64,000 nt of DNA from Octopus vulgaris (taxonomy: Eukaryota), in NCBI GenBank assembly GCA_951406725.2, contig OX597832.1:19034001-19098000 (forward strand), given 5' to 3'. A program made the translations under genes and the position numbers. Numbering within the stretch: the stretch's first letter is position 1; the number at the start of each line of letters is the position of its first letter. Shown piece after piece: positions 14,816-28,430 of this stretch. The notes beneath the pieces are model-generated. The model saw nothing but the letters and a program-made list of their open reading frames with translations. It searched no databases and was not told the origin of the DNA.

Positions 14816-16989
14816 GCTGCAGAGGCTATAAAAACATCGTAATAGACGATTCCCCTTTTCTTATGTATGAATAATTGTAAAATGTCTACTTGGGTTAGCT
14901 CTTATGGCAACCCTCATTTATGGAATACCTATCATCTATCTTATTTACTCCACACCTCATTATCTTATTTAAACCCACACCTCGCTAAGAAGGAATGAAT
15001 ATATTGTATCATGTCTAATGGGAGTAAAATAGCATGAATTGATAGCATTAATTTTCGACAGCAAACCAAGGAATAATTATCTATAACTCTTATTTTAAAA
15101 TTATTATATCATGTATTCATATTTCACTTTTGTAACTGTCATATGACATGTCCATGTGGAAATGCTTTTACGTGGACTTCTCTGGAGACTGCCACATGAG
15201 CGAAATACAAGAATGTTGACCAGTCAATAGGTACGTGAACAGACGCGTTCCTATTTTAAACAATATTATAACAACGAGCATTACATACTTAGCAGTTCAG
15301 CTCCATTCTTTATACACGTATAAAAATCTAATGTGAAACCGGTGATGCGTATTCATATATTATAAAAGTTTATTTAAATTCTATTTGATTCTAATATATT
15401 CTCTGTGCATTTTCATCTTCAATTTGTCTATTCCTCTGATCGATTATTATAATTTCCGATGTTATAAAAATAAGTCCATAAGTCCTTATGTGCAATCCTG
15501 CCTGGATCTATGTGGGTTAAAATCCTTATATTGTAAGCATCCAGAAAAAGACGCGGGCATATCAATATTTGTTGTCCTCTTTAACAATTATATCTCGGCT
15601 ATGTCAGAAATCTGCAATGACTCTATAACTATCGTCTCGGCAACAAATTAGTAATCAGTTACAGCATTTACCTAGCGCACCTAAACGTTTAGGTCACCTG
15701 TAAACTACACCCTCATATATATATTTGATTATAGGTTTCACTCATTATTAAATTTATATTATATATATATATATATACACATACGTATGTGTATGTACGT
15801 ATATATTCCAAGATGTTTTCCAATCTGTTTTTCAAGCAACTATTTCTGGTTAAGATACAATACCAGCAATCTTTTGGAATGGTTCAACGATGCCATTGAA
15901 ATCATGTCAGGCACACCAAATTAAGTAAATTAGAATGTTAAAATGAATCGTTGACTTTGGTGTGTTTTGAACGCAGAACATGAGGACATAGGTCAAACAT
16001 GCAAAATGTTTGTTTTGTTCTTTTTTTCACACAAATTTGGCATACATTATATTCTTGAAAAGAAAAACAATTCGCTGATTCATATCTGTGATATGGAATG
16101 AACCAAATCAAATCGATATTACTAATAACATTATCCTCCTGTCTTTGTGCTTGACAACGGTTGTAATCTCCCTAGTATTTCATAATTGTATGTGATGAAA
16201 GGTAATGCATCTTACATTTTCCTCATTCATTTTCTATGCATGATTTTACTAAGTAGCTTTACAAGGTATTAGTGGTTGATTAATTGTATGATTCCCTTCA
16301 AATAATTTCTGAGCTAATTTAATTTTCGTGTCTTGAAAATGGATTGATTCTCTATTTAAAAATAACTTTGGACCTGCCGAGAAATCTTCATTCAAATATA
16401 GGAACATTTTTTTTTATTTATAAGTTAAATTTTTTAATGCCTTTTTTTTATATAATACTTTACTGTAATGTTTATCAAAATAAGAATCCTTAAGCTGTAA
16501 TGTTTATACATTCTTGTTGCATTCAACTTTTTGTGTTAGCCTGCATAAAATGAAGCGACTTCTAAATAGCAATCAGTATTTTATGTAAGGCATCATTATC
16601 AAATTTCCATTCAGTTAGAAATTTTATCTGATTGTATTTCTAAAACTCGTTTCCATGTACCTGTACTGTAAGTATGTATGAATGGGTAGCTTTGATTTTT
16701 TTTTTCTGGTTTATCATTTAACATTCTAAAACCAAACATTGTAAATAATTAACACGATTTTTATTACTTAAGTACGTGCTTGATAGACCTTTGTAATTAA
16801 ACCATCAATTGATTGAATGATTCTATGATAGAATGATTCTGAATTTTTATAATGCCTTCTTAGTCTTATATATGAGTATTTAAATTTTCAGAGGAGAGTA
16901 AAAATTGGTGGTTAAACTTGCAAGAGTGTATGATAATAGTAAGAAATATGTGTTAGAGAAATATACATACAATTATTTCTAACATAGAT

Positions 16990-17835
16990 ACAAAGCCAGA
17001 CATAGTCTCCTACATCGACGTTAGTTCACCTCTGCTACTTTAATTTTCGGATGCCGATGGAATGAAAAGCAAAGTTCACCTTGGCTTTTTTGAACGTAGA
17101 ATAAGAGACAAAAAAGAAGAAAAACAATCGTAACGTCCATGAATTTGCCAGTTTACCACCTGAAAAATAGCTGTTCTAGATTCGGACGAATGCATTGGAA
17201 TTACAAGGATGGTAAGTTAGGTCTAAATATGGACCGCAGTAATTGACTGGTAGTAAGAATATCAACCCAGAAAGGATGAATATGAAAAGTGACCACGGTG
17301 TTATATGAACTCAAAACATGATACGGAACAACTACTCTATGACATTTGATTCCATCGTTTTAATTGTCTTTCCATTCATTGTTGCATAGAAATATACAAA
17401 TAATGCAAGATATATCAACAGCATCTATGATGCTCTCAGATAAATTTCCTCTATCTAGAAATTTCATAGATGAAGTGAAAAAGGTTTCACATTTTTGAAC
17501 AAAAAGAATGGTTTTTGAAGAGCGGGGTATGTCGATTACATCAAACCTTAGTATTTGTGTGACATATTTCATCGATCCTAAAAGATTGAAAGGCAAGGTC
17601 AACTTCGACCAAATTTCACATCAGAATATAAAGACGGACCGAATACTGGTGGCGCTTTGGTCCGGAGTGCTAACGGTTCTACCAGTTCGCTGGCTTGACG
17701 TTTCAGGTGAGAGGGCTGGTACTTATTTTATCAATTCCATTGTGAAGAAAACCAAAATTAATCACGGCGGAAAATGGGCTCAGGACATAAAGACGGACGA
17801 AATGCCGCTAAGCATTTTGTCTCACTTGCCAACAG
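16990..17835 (-). mobile_element. Cluster of about 4 degenerate SINE family E copies
   Basis: Repeated diverged gatgaaaggcaaagtcgacc...tttgaact motifs at about 17060, 17275, 17585 and 17745. Confidence 0.6.
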
Positions 17836-17840
17836 TTCTT

Positions 17841-18073
17841 ATTTCTTTATTGCCCACAAGGGGCTAAACAGAGAGAGGACAAACAAGGACAGACAAACGG
17901 ATTAAGTCGATTATATCAACCCCAGTGCGTAACTGGTACTTATTTAATCGACCCTGAAAGGTTGAAAGGCAAAGTCGACCTCGGCGGAATTTGAACTGAG
18001 AACATAAAGACAGACGAAATACCGTTAAGCATTTCGCCCGGCGCACTAACGTTTCTGCCAAGCTCGCCGCCTT
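17841..18073 (-). mobile_element. SINE family E, full length (Nin/Deu-domain-like core)
   Basis: Minus strand aaggcggcgagc..ggcagaaacgttag...gagttcaaattccgccgaggtcgactttgcctttc. The central block resembles the Deu/Nin SINE domain. Multi-copy in the window. Confidence 0.88.
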
Positions 18074-18498
18074 CGAAGTAATAATGAAGAGCGCAAAGAT
18101 CAAGTTAGATTGTTTTATGATTTTTATCCTTTTATTTTCCTTTTTAGATATATGATCACAAAGCGTTTCACACCCAAACAGAATCTTCTGCTCGAAATTT
18201 AGATTTCTCCTATTCAACTATGATAAGTAATATTTTTTCTTCGTTGCCAAATTCTTACACTTACTCCATAGAATCGTATAACTCCAATTGTTGCCTCTAC
18301 TTCTGCAGTTTAACATTTTATAAACGTTATATTTACTACTGTCATCAACTGTGATCAGCTGTAAATTTTATAATGTTTGATAACAAGTTTTATTAAGTTA
18401 TATTCATGCTTCGAAGACTAGCGTGCTATTTGTGAATTAAATATATCATTAAGTAATAGAAGACAGCGGCTACTTCCAAGTATTTACACTCTAGTTAG

Positions 18499-18562
<64 letters not shown>

Positions 18563-18605
18563 TTTAAAAAAGGATTCACGTAACACTTCACAAAGGTAAA
18601 CAGTC

Positions 18606-18752
18606 AAGACGAATAGCGCGATTCAATTGTAAGATATTGTATTATTTGAACGATATTTCAACAGTACGTCTGTCTTTGTCAAGTTCGAAATAAGACACTT
18701 AATATCGTTCAACTAATACAATATTTTACAATTGAATCGCGCTCTTCGTCTT
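18606..18752. repeat. Inverted repeat, about 52 bp arms with 43 bp spacer, between (TTA)n tracts
   Basis: aagacgaatagcgcgattcaattgtaagatattgtattatttgaacgatatt pairs with aatatcgttcaactaatacaatattttacaattgaatcgcgctcttcgtctt with 3 mismatches. Confidence 0.9.
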
Positions 18753-18769
18753 CACCCTTATTATTATAC

Positions 18770-18854
<85 letters not shown>

Positions 18855-20084
18855 TTTATATATATATGTTTTATTATTTGTATAGCTATTATTTATATTG
18901 TTAATAGCAACGTATTGGCCGAATTCAGGCGTGACAGAGAAGATTTGTTAATAAAGGCGATCCGGCGTTCCGGTAGTGATTATCTCTCCTTTGTTTTCAT
19001 TGAAGATCAAGGACAATAACCTACTCAATGTGCTTCACATTTTATACCAGGATACGGTTTGGCTTTGAGGTGAGATTTTGGCTACTATTTCTTGATTTAG
19101 GTGTAATCATGAACAAATATGTTTACCCCTTCAGTAGATGAGTTTACAGATTATCAGTTAGTTAAGAATTACTTCTTGCACAAAGAAGCCACTGAAATTA
19201 ACAGTGTGATTAGCAAATAAAAGAAATAGAGAAAGGGGGTGGGAATAATTGAAAAGGAATGAATATACAATGAGTGAGATATCGAGGACAGAGAGAGGGG
19301 GAATATAAATGAATGCTAGGACAGTAATCAAGATAAAAAGGGAGCGGGGTGGGGAGGACGAATTGAAGGAGAAACAGAGAGAAGTGAGAGGGAAACGTGT
19401 AATTTGGAGTGGGGATAAAAAGCCGGATATACTGTTGTAAATTTTCTTAAAGATTTGCTTTAGAATTTAATTGTTAAAAATCCAATCCAATTTATTTTGA
19501 GTATTTTGTAGCGACGAAAATAATTGAATTACGCCGTAAAAATATTAATTTCTCATTCGCCTTCGTACAGAATCTTGTCATTGTTATACAACTTTCACGG
19601 ATTTGCACATCATATGCACGGCCTACCAATTTGTAGCTTTCTATTATTACCTCTATGCAGTTATCCAAAGTTAATGCCACCGATAACTTGCTTAAAAATG
19701 ATGACTACATACTCAAAAGAGGGAGAATTTAGAACAAATATGTTCTAAATTCAAATATTCATAAATTGTGAGTGGAGTATCAACTTGGTCCACCATTTTA
19801 GAGAAATTTTTCCAAAATGTCTTTGGTTATTGTCCATCTTAAGAGTATCATCAAACAAAATTTATTCGGATATATTATTCTCTAGAAGCTTATATTTTTC
19901 TCGGTTGTCAACTACGATTTCACTACACATCTGCGTTTAGTTCAACATAACTGTTATATATAATTTTGCATGGTGTTGAATGTAATCTTTCAAATTTATG
20001 CACTACTCTTGTAAGGGAATTTCCGGGTTGTGAGTGCTTCTAAGATTTGTGTATGCATTTTTCATAGATTGTTTGAACATTTAC

Positions 20085-20512
20085 GGGAGCTGGAGTGGCT
20101 CTGAGGTAAGTAGCTTTCTTACAAACCACATGGTTCCGGGGTCAGTCCCGTTGCGTGGCACCTTGGACAAGTGTCTTCAACTATAGCCTCGGGCCGACCA
20201 AAGCCTTGTGAATGGATTTAGTAGACGGAAACTGAAAGAAGCCCGTCGTTTATATATGTATATATATATACATGCATGTGTGTGTGTGTGTGTATATGTT
20301 TGTGTGTCTGTGTTTGTCCCCCCACCAACATCGCTTGACAACAGATGCTCGTGGATTTACGTCCTCGTAACTTAGCGGTTCGGCAAAAGAGACCGTTAGA
20401 ATAAGTACTAGGCTTACACAGTATAAGTCCTAGGGTCGATTTGCTCGACTAAAGGCAGTGCTCCAGCATGGCTGCAACCAAATGATCGAAACAAGTAAAA
20501 GAGTAAAAGAGT
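20085..20512 (+). mobile_element. SINE family A, full length
   Basis: Head, internal (TA)/(TG) tract and aagtaaaagagtaaaagagt tail. Confidence 0.92.
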
Positions 20513-21264
20513 GCCTCCATGCCATTTATAGTTATACCTATTCCAAATATAGCAGGTTGTTGACGCTAAATTAGGCAAGTTGAATAAAAGGAAAAGAAAG
20601 AACAGTACTATCTTTAACAAATAAAGAAATATCAACCAGATTAATTCATGCTCTTTCTCCTTGGATAATTTTTCGCACACTATTTTAGAGGTATGTTGTT
20701 GCCTGTTGGAGATAATACATCGTTTGACAATATTATGACCTCATATATCTGTACCGATGACCACCTTGTAATTGTCTAAGTCATTTTATGGCCTATATTT
20801 GAACAATTTTTGTCTGTGCTTATTTCATAATACTGGGATAGCTTCCAGAATATGAGAACAAATTCAGTCATCTATGTATACATATATACACCTTTTTTCG
20901 ATACAACAAAAAATAAATTAAAAATGAGGTTATTATTGGTTTCTTTGCATTTGCATATTTTGCAGTGGGATTCTTTATTTATTCATTCAGTATTTCAAGT
21001 GAGAATATTTTGCACTTCGTTGCAATGTAAAATAGTACAATCGCAACATTCAACTTCGAACTTTTTCGGGTTTGCTGAATATTTCTTTGTTCCCGTCTGC
21101 TTAGTTGATCTTCTGAGATGTTGCAAATATATCAGCAATTAATGCTAACATCTTAGCATTACATTCCGTAATGAATTATATATGTTAACATCTTAATCGT
21201 ACAAATGATATTATTCCGCTGAAACGTCGCTCGAAGAAATATATGTATGAATCATATGTTACGT

Positions 21265-21420
21265 CTACGCTGTTAGGCCGCTGGAATCGGGAATGGCTTC
21301 AACACGATACAGAATCGGCTGCCGGCAGATGGGCGTGGACCGCCTTGACCCAGAACGTGGTGTCCTGAATACGAGCCGGCGTAACCCCTCCTGGATGAGG
21401 GCCGTTGCAGGACAAGACAA
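21265..21420 (+). mobile_element. Possible RTE-type LINE 3' fragment
   Basis: GC-rich island. IGCRQMGVDRLDPE...RNPSWMRAVA resembles RTE ORF C-termini. Confidence 0.3.
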
Positions 21421-21889
21421 GAATGGATAAATGTTATGGTGTTTATACGTCAAATCATTGAATATGCAAAGATGAATACACATACATACATACATACATA
21501 CAAACATACAAACAAACATACATACAAACATACATACATACATACATACACACACATACATACATACATACATACATACATACATACATACACACATACA
21601 TACAATTGCATAGATATAGGTGTACTTGTTGGCATGTGTGTGCTGGTATGTGCAATTGTGTTTGTGTCGCTGAGTGTGTGAAATGTTCCCAATTTCAAAA
21701 TCTCACGCTAGGGAGAGAGTGTATATAAATGCAAATATTTGTAAAAACTTATACATCACGTATATATATTATACATCTATATATATATACACATATACAT
21801 ATGTATACATTATATATATACATATATGCACATTATATATATATCCATATATATATATATACATATTTAGACATATACATATACATACT

Positions 21890-21950
<61 letters not shown>

Positions 21951-22401
21951 GTGTATTTATACGTATATAGGTATATGTGTGTGTAAGAGCGACAGACAGA
22001 CAAGCTAATGTACACAACAAAGAATTTTCACTGCGAGCTATATTGTTCGTGAGCAGGAACGGTACACAGTGTATACCACCTTGGAATATCAAATTACATT
22101 TCAAACTACAGCGAGATTCAAACAACAGGTCTTATGTATGTTTCACTTTACAAGCTTTTTTTTAAAAAAAATACGATATACTCCGAAATTACAGCCTAAC
22201 AGGGACATCAACAGTAAAGTGGAGACTACCGTTACTTCTTTATTTTCCTTTTTCTCTTTCTGTCATCTAAAAATCAAAACATACCTTCTGTTTACATATT
22301 CTACAGAGGTTTGACATTTAGTAACATACTTTAGTGAATTCTGTTGCAACTGTAGGTATTTCTTGTTCCTTTTCCTCTTTCTTTAACATCGTCTTGTTTG
22401 G

Positions 22402-22465
<64 letters not shown>

Positions 22466-23057
22466 GTATAAATATATATGTATATATATATGTGTGTCTA
22501 TATATATATATATATATTTAAATATATATGTATGTATATATATATATGTGTATGTATATATATATATACATATATATATGTATGTATATATATATATATA
22601 TATATATATTCATATGAGTGTGTGTGTGTGAGTGTATATATATATCTATGGTAACATTACATACGTTTGTACTGAATCATTTATATATTATTCATTTGAA
22701 TGTACATATAGACTCATATCTATCTATTACCTCTCTCTCTCTCTCTCTTTCTCCCTCTCAACACACACATACACGCAAACGCACACACATAGACATACAA
22801 GCACTCACACACACACATACACACGTGTGTATTTGTGTCGATGCGCCTTAATGGTGACGGTGTTGCACACTTGATCATAAAATTCTGTTTTCGGTTCCTA
22901 GATCTGCATTCTTGAGCAAAACACTTCGTTTTATGACTCAGAAAGACCGACCTTACGAACCTATGGCTCCTCTTTCGTTTCTTTTTTCGACGTATATGAG
23001 TCAGTGTCTATCGCAAATTCACTCACCTTTTAGTCTTCCGCTTTTCATCTACCTGTA

Positions 23058-23152
<95 letters not shown>

Positions 23153-23347
23153 TAATATATACATGGAGGGGAGGGATACGAATGTTTGCGGGTGCGTATG
23201 CTTTCTTAGTGATTTATACTCAGTTTCGGTAAATTTTCTATAAATGTTTATCTAGGTAGTTTAAATACAACTATCCAAATATGTAAGACACACACACACA
23301 CACATACACACAAATATACTTATACATATATAGGCTCGCATGTATAC

Positions 23348-23412
<65 letters not shown>

Positions 23413-23440
23413 TTGTGTGTGTGTGTGTGTTATATATATA

Positions 23441-23484
<44 letters not shown>

Positions 23485-23600
23485 TATGTATATGCATATA
23501 TGTATATATATATATATATATACATGTAGGTACAGATATATAATCACCACCACTCTTATACATACACATATACACACACACATATATATATATATATATT

Positions 23601-23670
<70 letters not shown>

Positions 23671-23869
23671 GATATATATACTCACCACCACTCTTATACA
23701 TACATACATACATACATACATACATACATACATACATACATACATACATACATACATACATGCATATATATATCTTACCACACACATATGTGAGTTTGCG
23801 TGTGTAAGCGTGTTGATAAAAACTGTAAGTACGTATCTATGTATGTATGTGTGTTTTTTTTTTATGGCT

Positions 23870-24290
23870 TTGTGAAGACGCTGTGCAGTAGAGCTCTTCT
23901 GACACGTTTCACAATAATAACCCAGTTTTAAAGGTGAAGACCGGGTCATAAATATGTCATCTTCGTCTATCCTGTTTTGTTTTTGTCTTCGTGGCCTAAC
24001 ACTGTTGGTCAGTCGGAACTCAACACCACACCTTTGCTTGTACGTGGAGAATTTTAACGTTTCAGATTCCATTCTTCCCCATGTTTTGAGTCAGGTGGAA
24101 TTAGTTGAAGAGTATGCAGACATAGAATGAACCATTCACCAAAATTCTTTCCAGTTGCTATTGATCCGCCTTGAATTCCACTGTATTTACTATTCAGAAC
24201 CAGATTTAATACTGTGTGGATGTATTTGTTTAATAGAAGCCCGCTAGATGTCCAGTTCAAAAGGCTTTCAACTGCGGGCATCACTTACAT
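23870..24290 (-). mobile_element. Possible decayed RTE-type LINE 3' region
   Basis: [35 protein letters not shown] loosely follow the RTE post-RT motifs (VESVLLYG.E.WT, LR.vLn, LPP.S, P..G.R.RG). Confidence 0.35.
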
Positions 24291-24340
24291 TGTTGTTGAT
24301 ATATTTGTGTGTCTATGTGTGTGTGTGTACGTTCGTGCCT

Positions 24341-24560
24341 ATTTCTTTATTACCCACAAGGGGCTAAACATAGAAGGGACAAACAAGGACAGACAAACGG
24401 ATTAAGTCGATTACATCGACCCCAGCACGTAACTGCTTCTTAATTTATCGACCCCGAAAGGATGAAAGGCAAAGTTGGCCTCGGCGGAATTTGAACTCAG
24501 AACGTACTAGCAAACGAAACACCGCTAGGCATTTCGCCCGGCGTGCTAAGTTCGCCGCCT
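24341..24560 (-). mobile_element. SINE family E, full length
   Basis: Near-identical to 17841-18073. Confidence 0.9.
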
Positions 24561-24566
24561 GTTTCT

Positions 24567-24790
24567 ATTCGGTTGGCAAGAGAGTAATTTCGATTTTTAG
24601 TGTGAAATAAGTCATTTTATTTCACATAAAAAATTATATATTTTTCATATTGTTCGATGACATTTGACCATCTTTCAGGCAACTTCCTGATTCAGCGTTC
24701 AAAGAACTTCTGGTCCTATTCAGCCCAAAACGGGATTGCGATTTCAGCTCATCATCATTACTGACTCTTTTATTATTCAAAGAATATATT
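24567..24790 (-). mobile_element. mariner transposon 3' fragment with terminal inverted repeat
   Basis: Minus strand NNKRVSNDDELKS..FWAE*DQKFFER*IRKLPERWSNVIEQYEKYII is a mariner transposase C-terminus. The end TA-TTCGGTTGGCAA is TIR-like. Confidence 0.7.
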
Positions 24791-25440
24791 ATCGTGGCGG
24801 TTCTCTCTGTTTTACAAAAACCGATGTGATTTCACGGAGTTTGACTAATAGCGTTAGCGGGTCAATTAAATGCGTAGATGACCCTTCGTCAACACATTTT
24901 TTCTGTTCTCTTAATTTCTTGTTATCTTGTGTAGAATAGAGTAGAAGAACGCAGGCACGCCTTACTCGTTCAGACTCAACGCACATCCTTCAAACGTTAT
25001 CAACATTTTGTCGTAATGAGTTAACTAAATCTTCTGGGCAATAAAAATATAAGAAGTGTTACCTAAGCTTTGGCTTTTTTACGTTAAGCATTAAAATACC
25101 TGGGTGTAAAGAGATTCATTAAACCACGCGTACATCTGTGTACTGATTTTAAAGAGGGGAGAAAATGACAAGAAATATTAAGGATGATGCAGTGATAACG
25201 TCAATGAGATAACGTTTCTTTGATATCAATGAAAGTATCATACTAGGCCCAGACTATATTAGAAAGAAGGAATATATGTGTAGGTGTCATAGACTATCTA
25301 AGACTTTATTCTTGCTACCATGCCACTCAATTCGACTGAGCGCAAGATGTAACTAAGTCTATTGATATCAGTACGGAAACTAGCAATTTCTCGAGATGGA
25401 TATGATAGGTAAGTGTTTAGGTTGAACTTAAAGTTTTAAT

Positions 25441-25881
25441 GGATCTTTTCGGTTTGAACGGCAGTTTTTAACATAATTTCTAGGTAACTAAAAAATTTCA
25501 AACTTCGTATACTGGTAGAATGTGTTTATAAAACATCTTTTTCTCTTGGCTTTATTGAGAAAATTCTATACTTTGTAAGATATTTGTTGTTTTTTTCTTC
25601 AATTTCTGCAATTTCAACCAATCACTGACGTCCATTGAGGTAAACAACATTCTGTGTTGTATGAATATGTCCCTCGTGTAAAAAACTGATTGGGTTTATT
25701 TACATTTGTGAAGAAAAGAGATACCTTTCCCCCCACCCCTAACCCTAGCCCTAACCAACCCTAACTAACCGTAACCCTAAAATAGATTGAAATGCAATAG
25801 ATCGATACTTGGATCATAATTATGGGTGACAATTTCATATGACACCGCTAGAAAATAATGCCATTTAAACCGGAAAGATCC
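25441..25881. mobile_element. MITE (non-autonomous DNA transposon) with internal telomere-like repeats
   Basis: TIRs ggatcttttcggtttgaacggca / tgccatttaaaccggaaagatcc (20/23 match). Degenerate (TAACCC)n at 25737-25780. Confidence 0.8.
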
Positions 25882-26381
25882 GATTTAAACTCTACTCCTA
25901 ACAAATAAATCTAGATAAAGCTACAGATAAGTTACCTCCAGTAATTACTTTAGGTATTCGATATATTAGGGTGAAACCATCGAGCTGTCAGATATATTAT
26001 ATATATACAAATTTTCATTAAATACACCCTAATGTTTCAAAAGAGTAGCGTCACGTTTGCGCATTTGATAATGTAGTCCTTCAACCTAAACACTTAATGA
26101 AATAAGATGGTGACGAATAAAATAATTTTGTTAAGGACTTTGCTCGACTGTGGCTGACCTGGTGTTACACAACAACAACAAAAAACCTTATATTTATTTA
26201 CTCGCATATCGACCCACAAATGATGAAAGTTAAAGTTCCCCATTCATGGGCTTTGGAGTCAGACTATTAAGAAGCGTAACTAAACAACACGAACTATTTT
26301 ACTGCACGTCTTACCGACGGGGCTACCCTCAATTCGACAACAAACGATTTTTAAAATACAAAAATAAATAATAATAATAAT

Positions 26382-26450
<69 letters not shown>

Positions 26451-27655
26451 TGACTGTGGTCCATCATTTCTCAAACACTTCTAGAATCATGATGTCATAT
26501 TTAAGTGCACACTTAACAATCCCTTCAAAGAGAAATCAAAATCATCAAGAGCCGAAAGCTTTTTATCTAAATTAATTGAATTAGAATAGAAAATATCTGA
26601 AAGGAAATGACAGTCACTGTTTTCATTAGTCTACGGTAAGTAAATATATGCAAATATTTGTCACATTAGTACCGTGTGTTATATTAGATACCAATTAGAT
26701 TCTTAAATGAAAAAAAAATTAAAAGGAAAAACACAAAAAATATGCTCGCACATATATTTCAATACCATACTTGATCTTGACTTCTTTCATACTAAATACT
26801 CCTATTTGGTATCACTGTGTGTATGTGTGCATATATATGTATAAATGTTTGTGTGTGTGTGTGTGTGTGTGTGCTTGGTATTGGTAAGCAATTATAATTT
26901 CCCCAGTTCGTTGAGCTAATATACTACGCTATAATAGTCGCGTCTTTTTCAGATAGTATACAAATGTTGGTGAATATTTTTTTCCCTTTTAAGGAAATCA
27001 ATATATGAATTACTAATCGGGAACTGGAACCAAGGGCAATTCGATCAGAAATATGTCTCCGAATTTGCCAGCCCTACTCTGAACCTAAAAATTAGAAAAA
27101 GAAAGTTCAGTTGTTCGGTCGCCCCAGACTAGAGTCACAGCGTAGAGTCAAGGGTACCGAGAGAAGGGTCAGTAGATAAGCCTCAGTTTTGGTGTAGTGC
27201 TTGATTCATCAAAAGACAGAAAAATTTGGTCTCGTTGGAATTTGATCCCGTGCGAAGAGATAGAAAACAAGTTACACTCGGATTCCAAGTCGACGCTCTA
27301 ACAATTTGGTTAAGTAATATCTCATAGCAAAAACTATACAATACTATATATGAACCAGAGATCAGCTTCTTTTCTAGGCGAATCCAAACGAATTATGATG
27401 GTAATATTTGAAGTTATTGTTAGTCGTTCCATCCATATGAATTAATTAACCTAGACACGTCACAGCGAGTCACCACTGACCGAGATTTTGTAACGAGAGG
27501 TCGGTGAACCTTACATGCCAAGAAAGCTGCGCTCTGTTGCCTTCTTTTTAGAAAACATTTAACTTCTCTCTTTTGATCACTTGTAGCTGAGGAGATTTCC
27601 AATCTGTTGTTATTGAAGAATGATCAGCCGGCCGTCTTTAGCCATTCTACTGCAT

Positions 27656-28000
27656 TAGTGGTTGTCAACCTTTTTTTTTTTGCCTATAGACCTCTTTTAT
27701 TACTATTTTGCTCTGATAGACCCACATAGCCTCCCTGTGTTTAAAATCTTGTTTTATAATTACTTCCTTCTAAATTCCTACTTTGGTTTACAAACTTGTG
27801 TAGGTTGAACTCTGTAACATGTTAGAGAAATAAATCGAGCTGTTTCTCTCAATAAATAGATCTAAATCGAAAGTTTTTCAGAGACCCTTAATATATTACT
27901 TTGTGTATCCAATTTACTATTGTACTTGCGCCCTTCCTTCCTGCAATTTTATCTGGAACCCGCCCCAAGGAATCAAATGGACCCCGGTTGAGAACCACTT
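27656..28000. mobile_element. hAT-like MITE
   Basis: Ends tagtggttgtcaacc / ggttgagaaccactt resemble CAGTGGTTCTCAACC hAT TIRs. The 8-bp flanks tactgcat/tactttag match 5/8. Confidence 0.6.
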
Positions 28001-28004
28001 TACT

Positions 28005-28430
28005 TTAGGTACAAGGCCTGAAATTTGATTACGGTAGGTGTTTAGTCGTTTATATTGACCACAGTGCCCAGCTATATTATAGATTTATCGACCCCAAAAG
28101 GAATGAAAGGCAATGTCGACTTCCGTGGAACTTGAACTCGAAACATGTTGCCAGAAGAAAACACATGAAGTAGTTTGTCGGCGTGCTAATTATTATGCCA
28201 TCTATTCGAACTCTTTTAACAATAGACACACGACTTGAAACTTTGGGAGAAAGGGGCTATTCGAAGATATCGAGCCTAGTATTTGACTGTTGTGTATTTT
28301 ATTGATCAAGGAAAACATGAAATACAAAATCGATCTCGATGGAATTTGAACGCAACACTTAAAAACGAAATAAATACTGCTACGCATTTATTATGTCGTT
28401 CTAACGATTCTACTAGCTCGGCGCCTTAAA
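28005..28430 (-). mobile_element. Two degenerate SINE family E copies in tandem
   Basis: tttatcgaccccaaaaggaatgaaaggcaatgtcgac and ggaatttgaacgc...ctaacgattctactagctcggcgcctt. Confidence 0.65.

Noticed and set aside
19780-20080. Possible decayed Tc1/mariner fragment (HSQPGNSLTRVVH..LHSTPCKI..ILFDD, minus strand)
   Set aside because: Similarity too faint to call without an alignment.
25737-25780. Telomere or chromosome end
   Set aside because: Short, degenerate and enclosed by MITE TIRs.
27420-27602. 60-aa minus-strand ORF with possible splice sites
   Set aside because: No recognisable domain, weak acceptor, and length within chance expectation.
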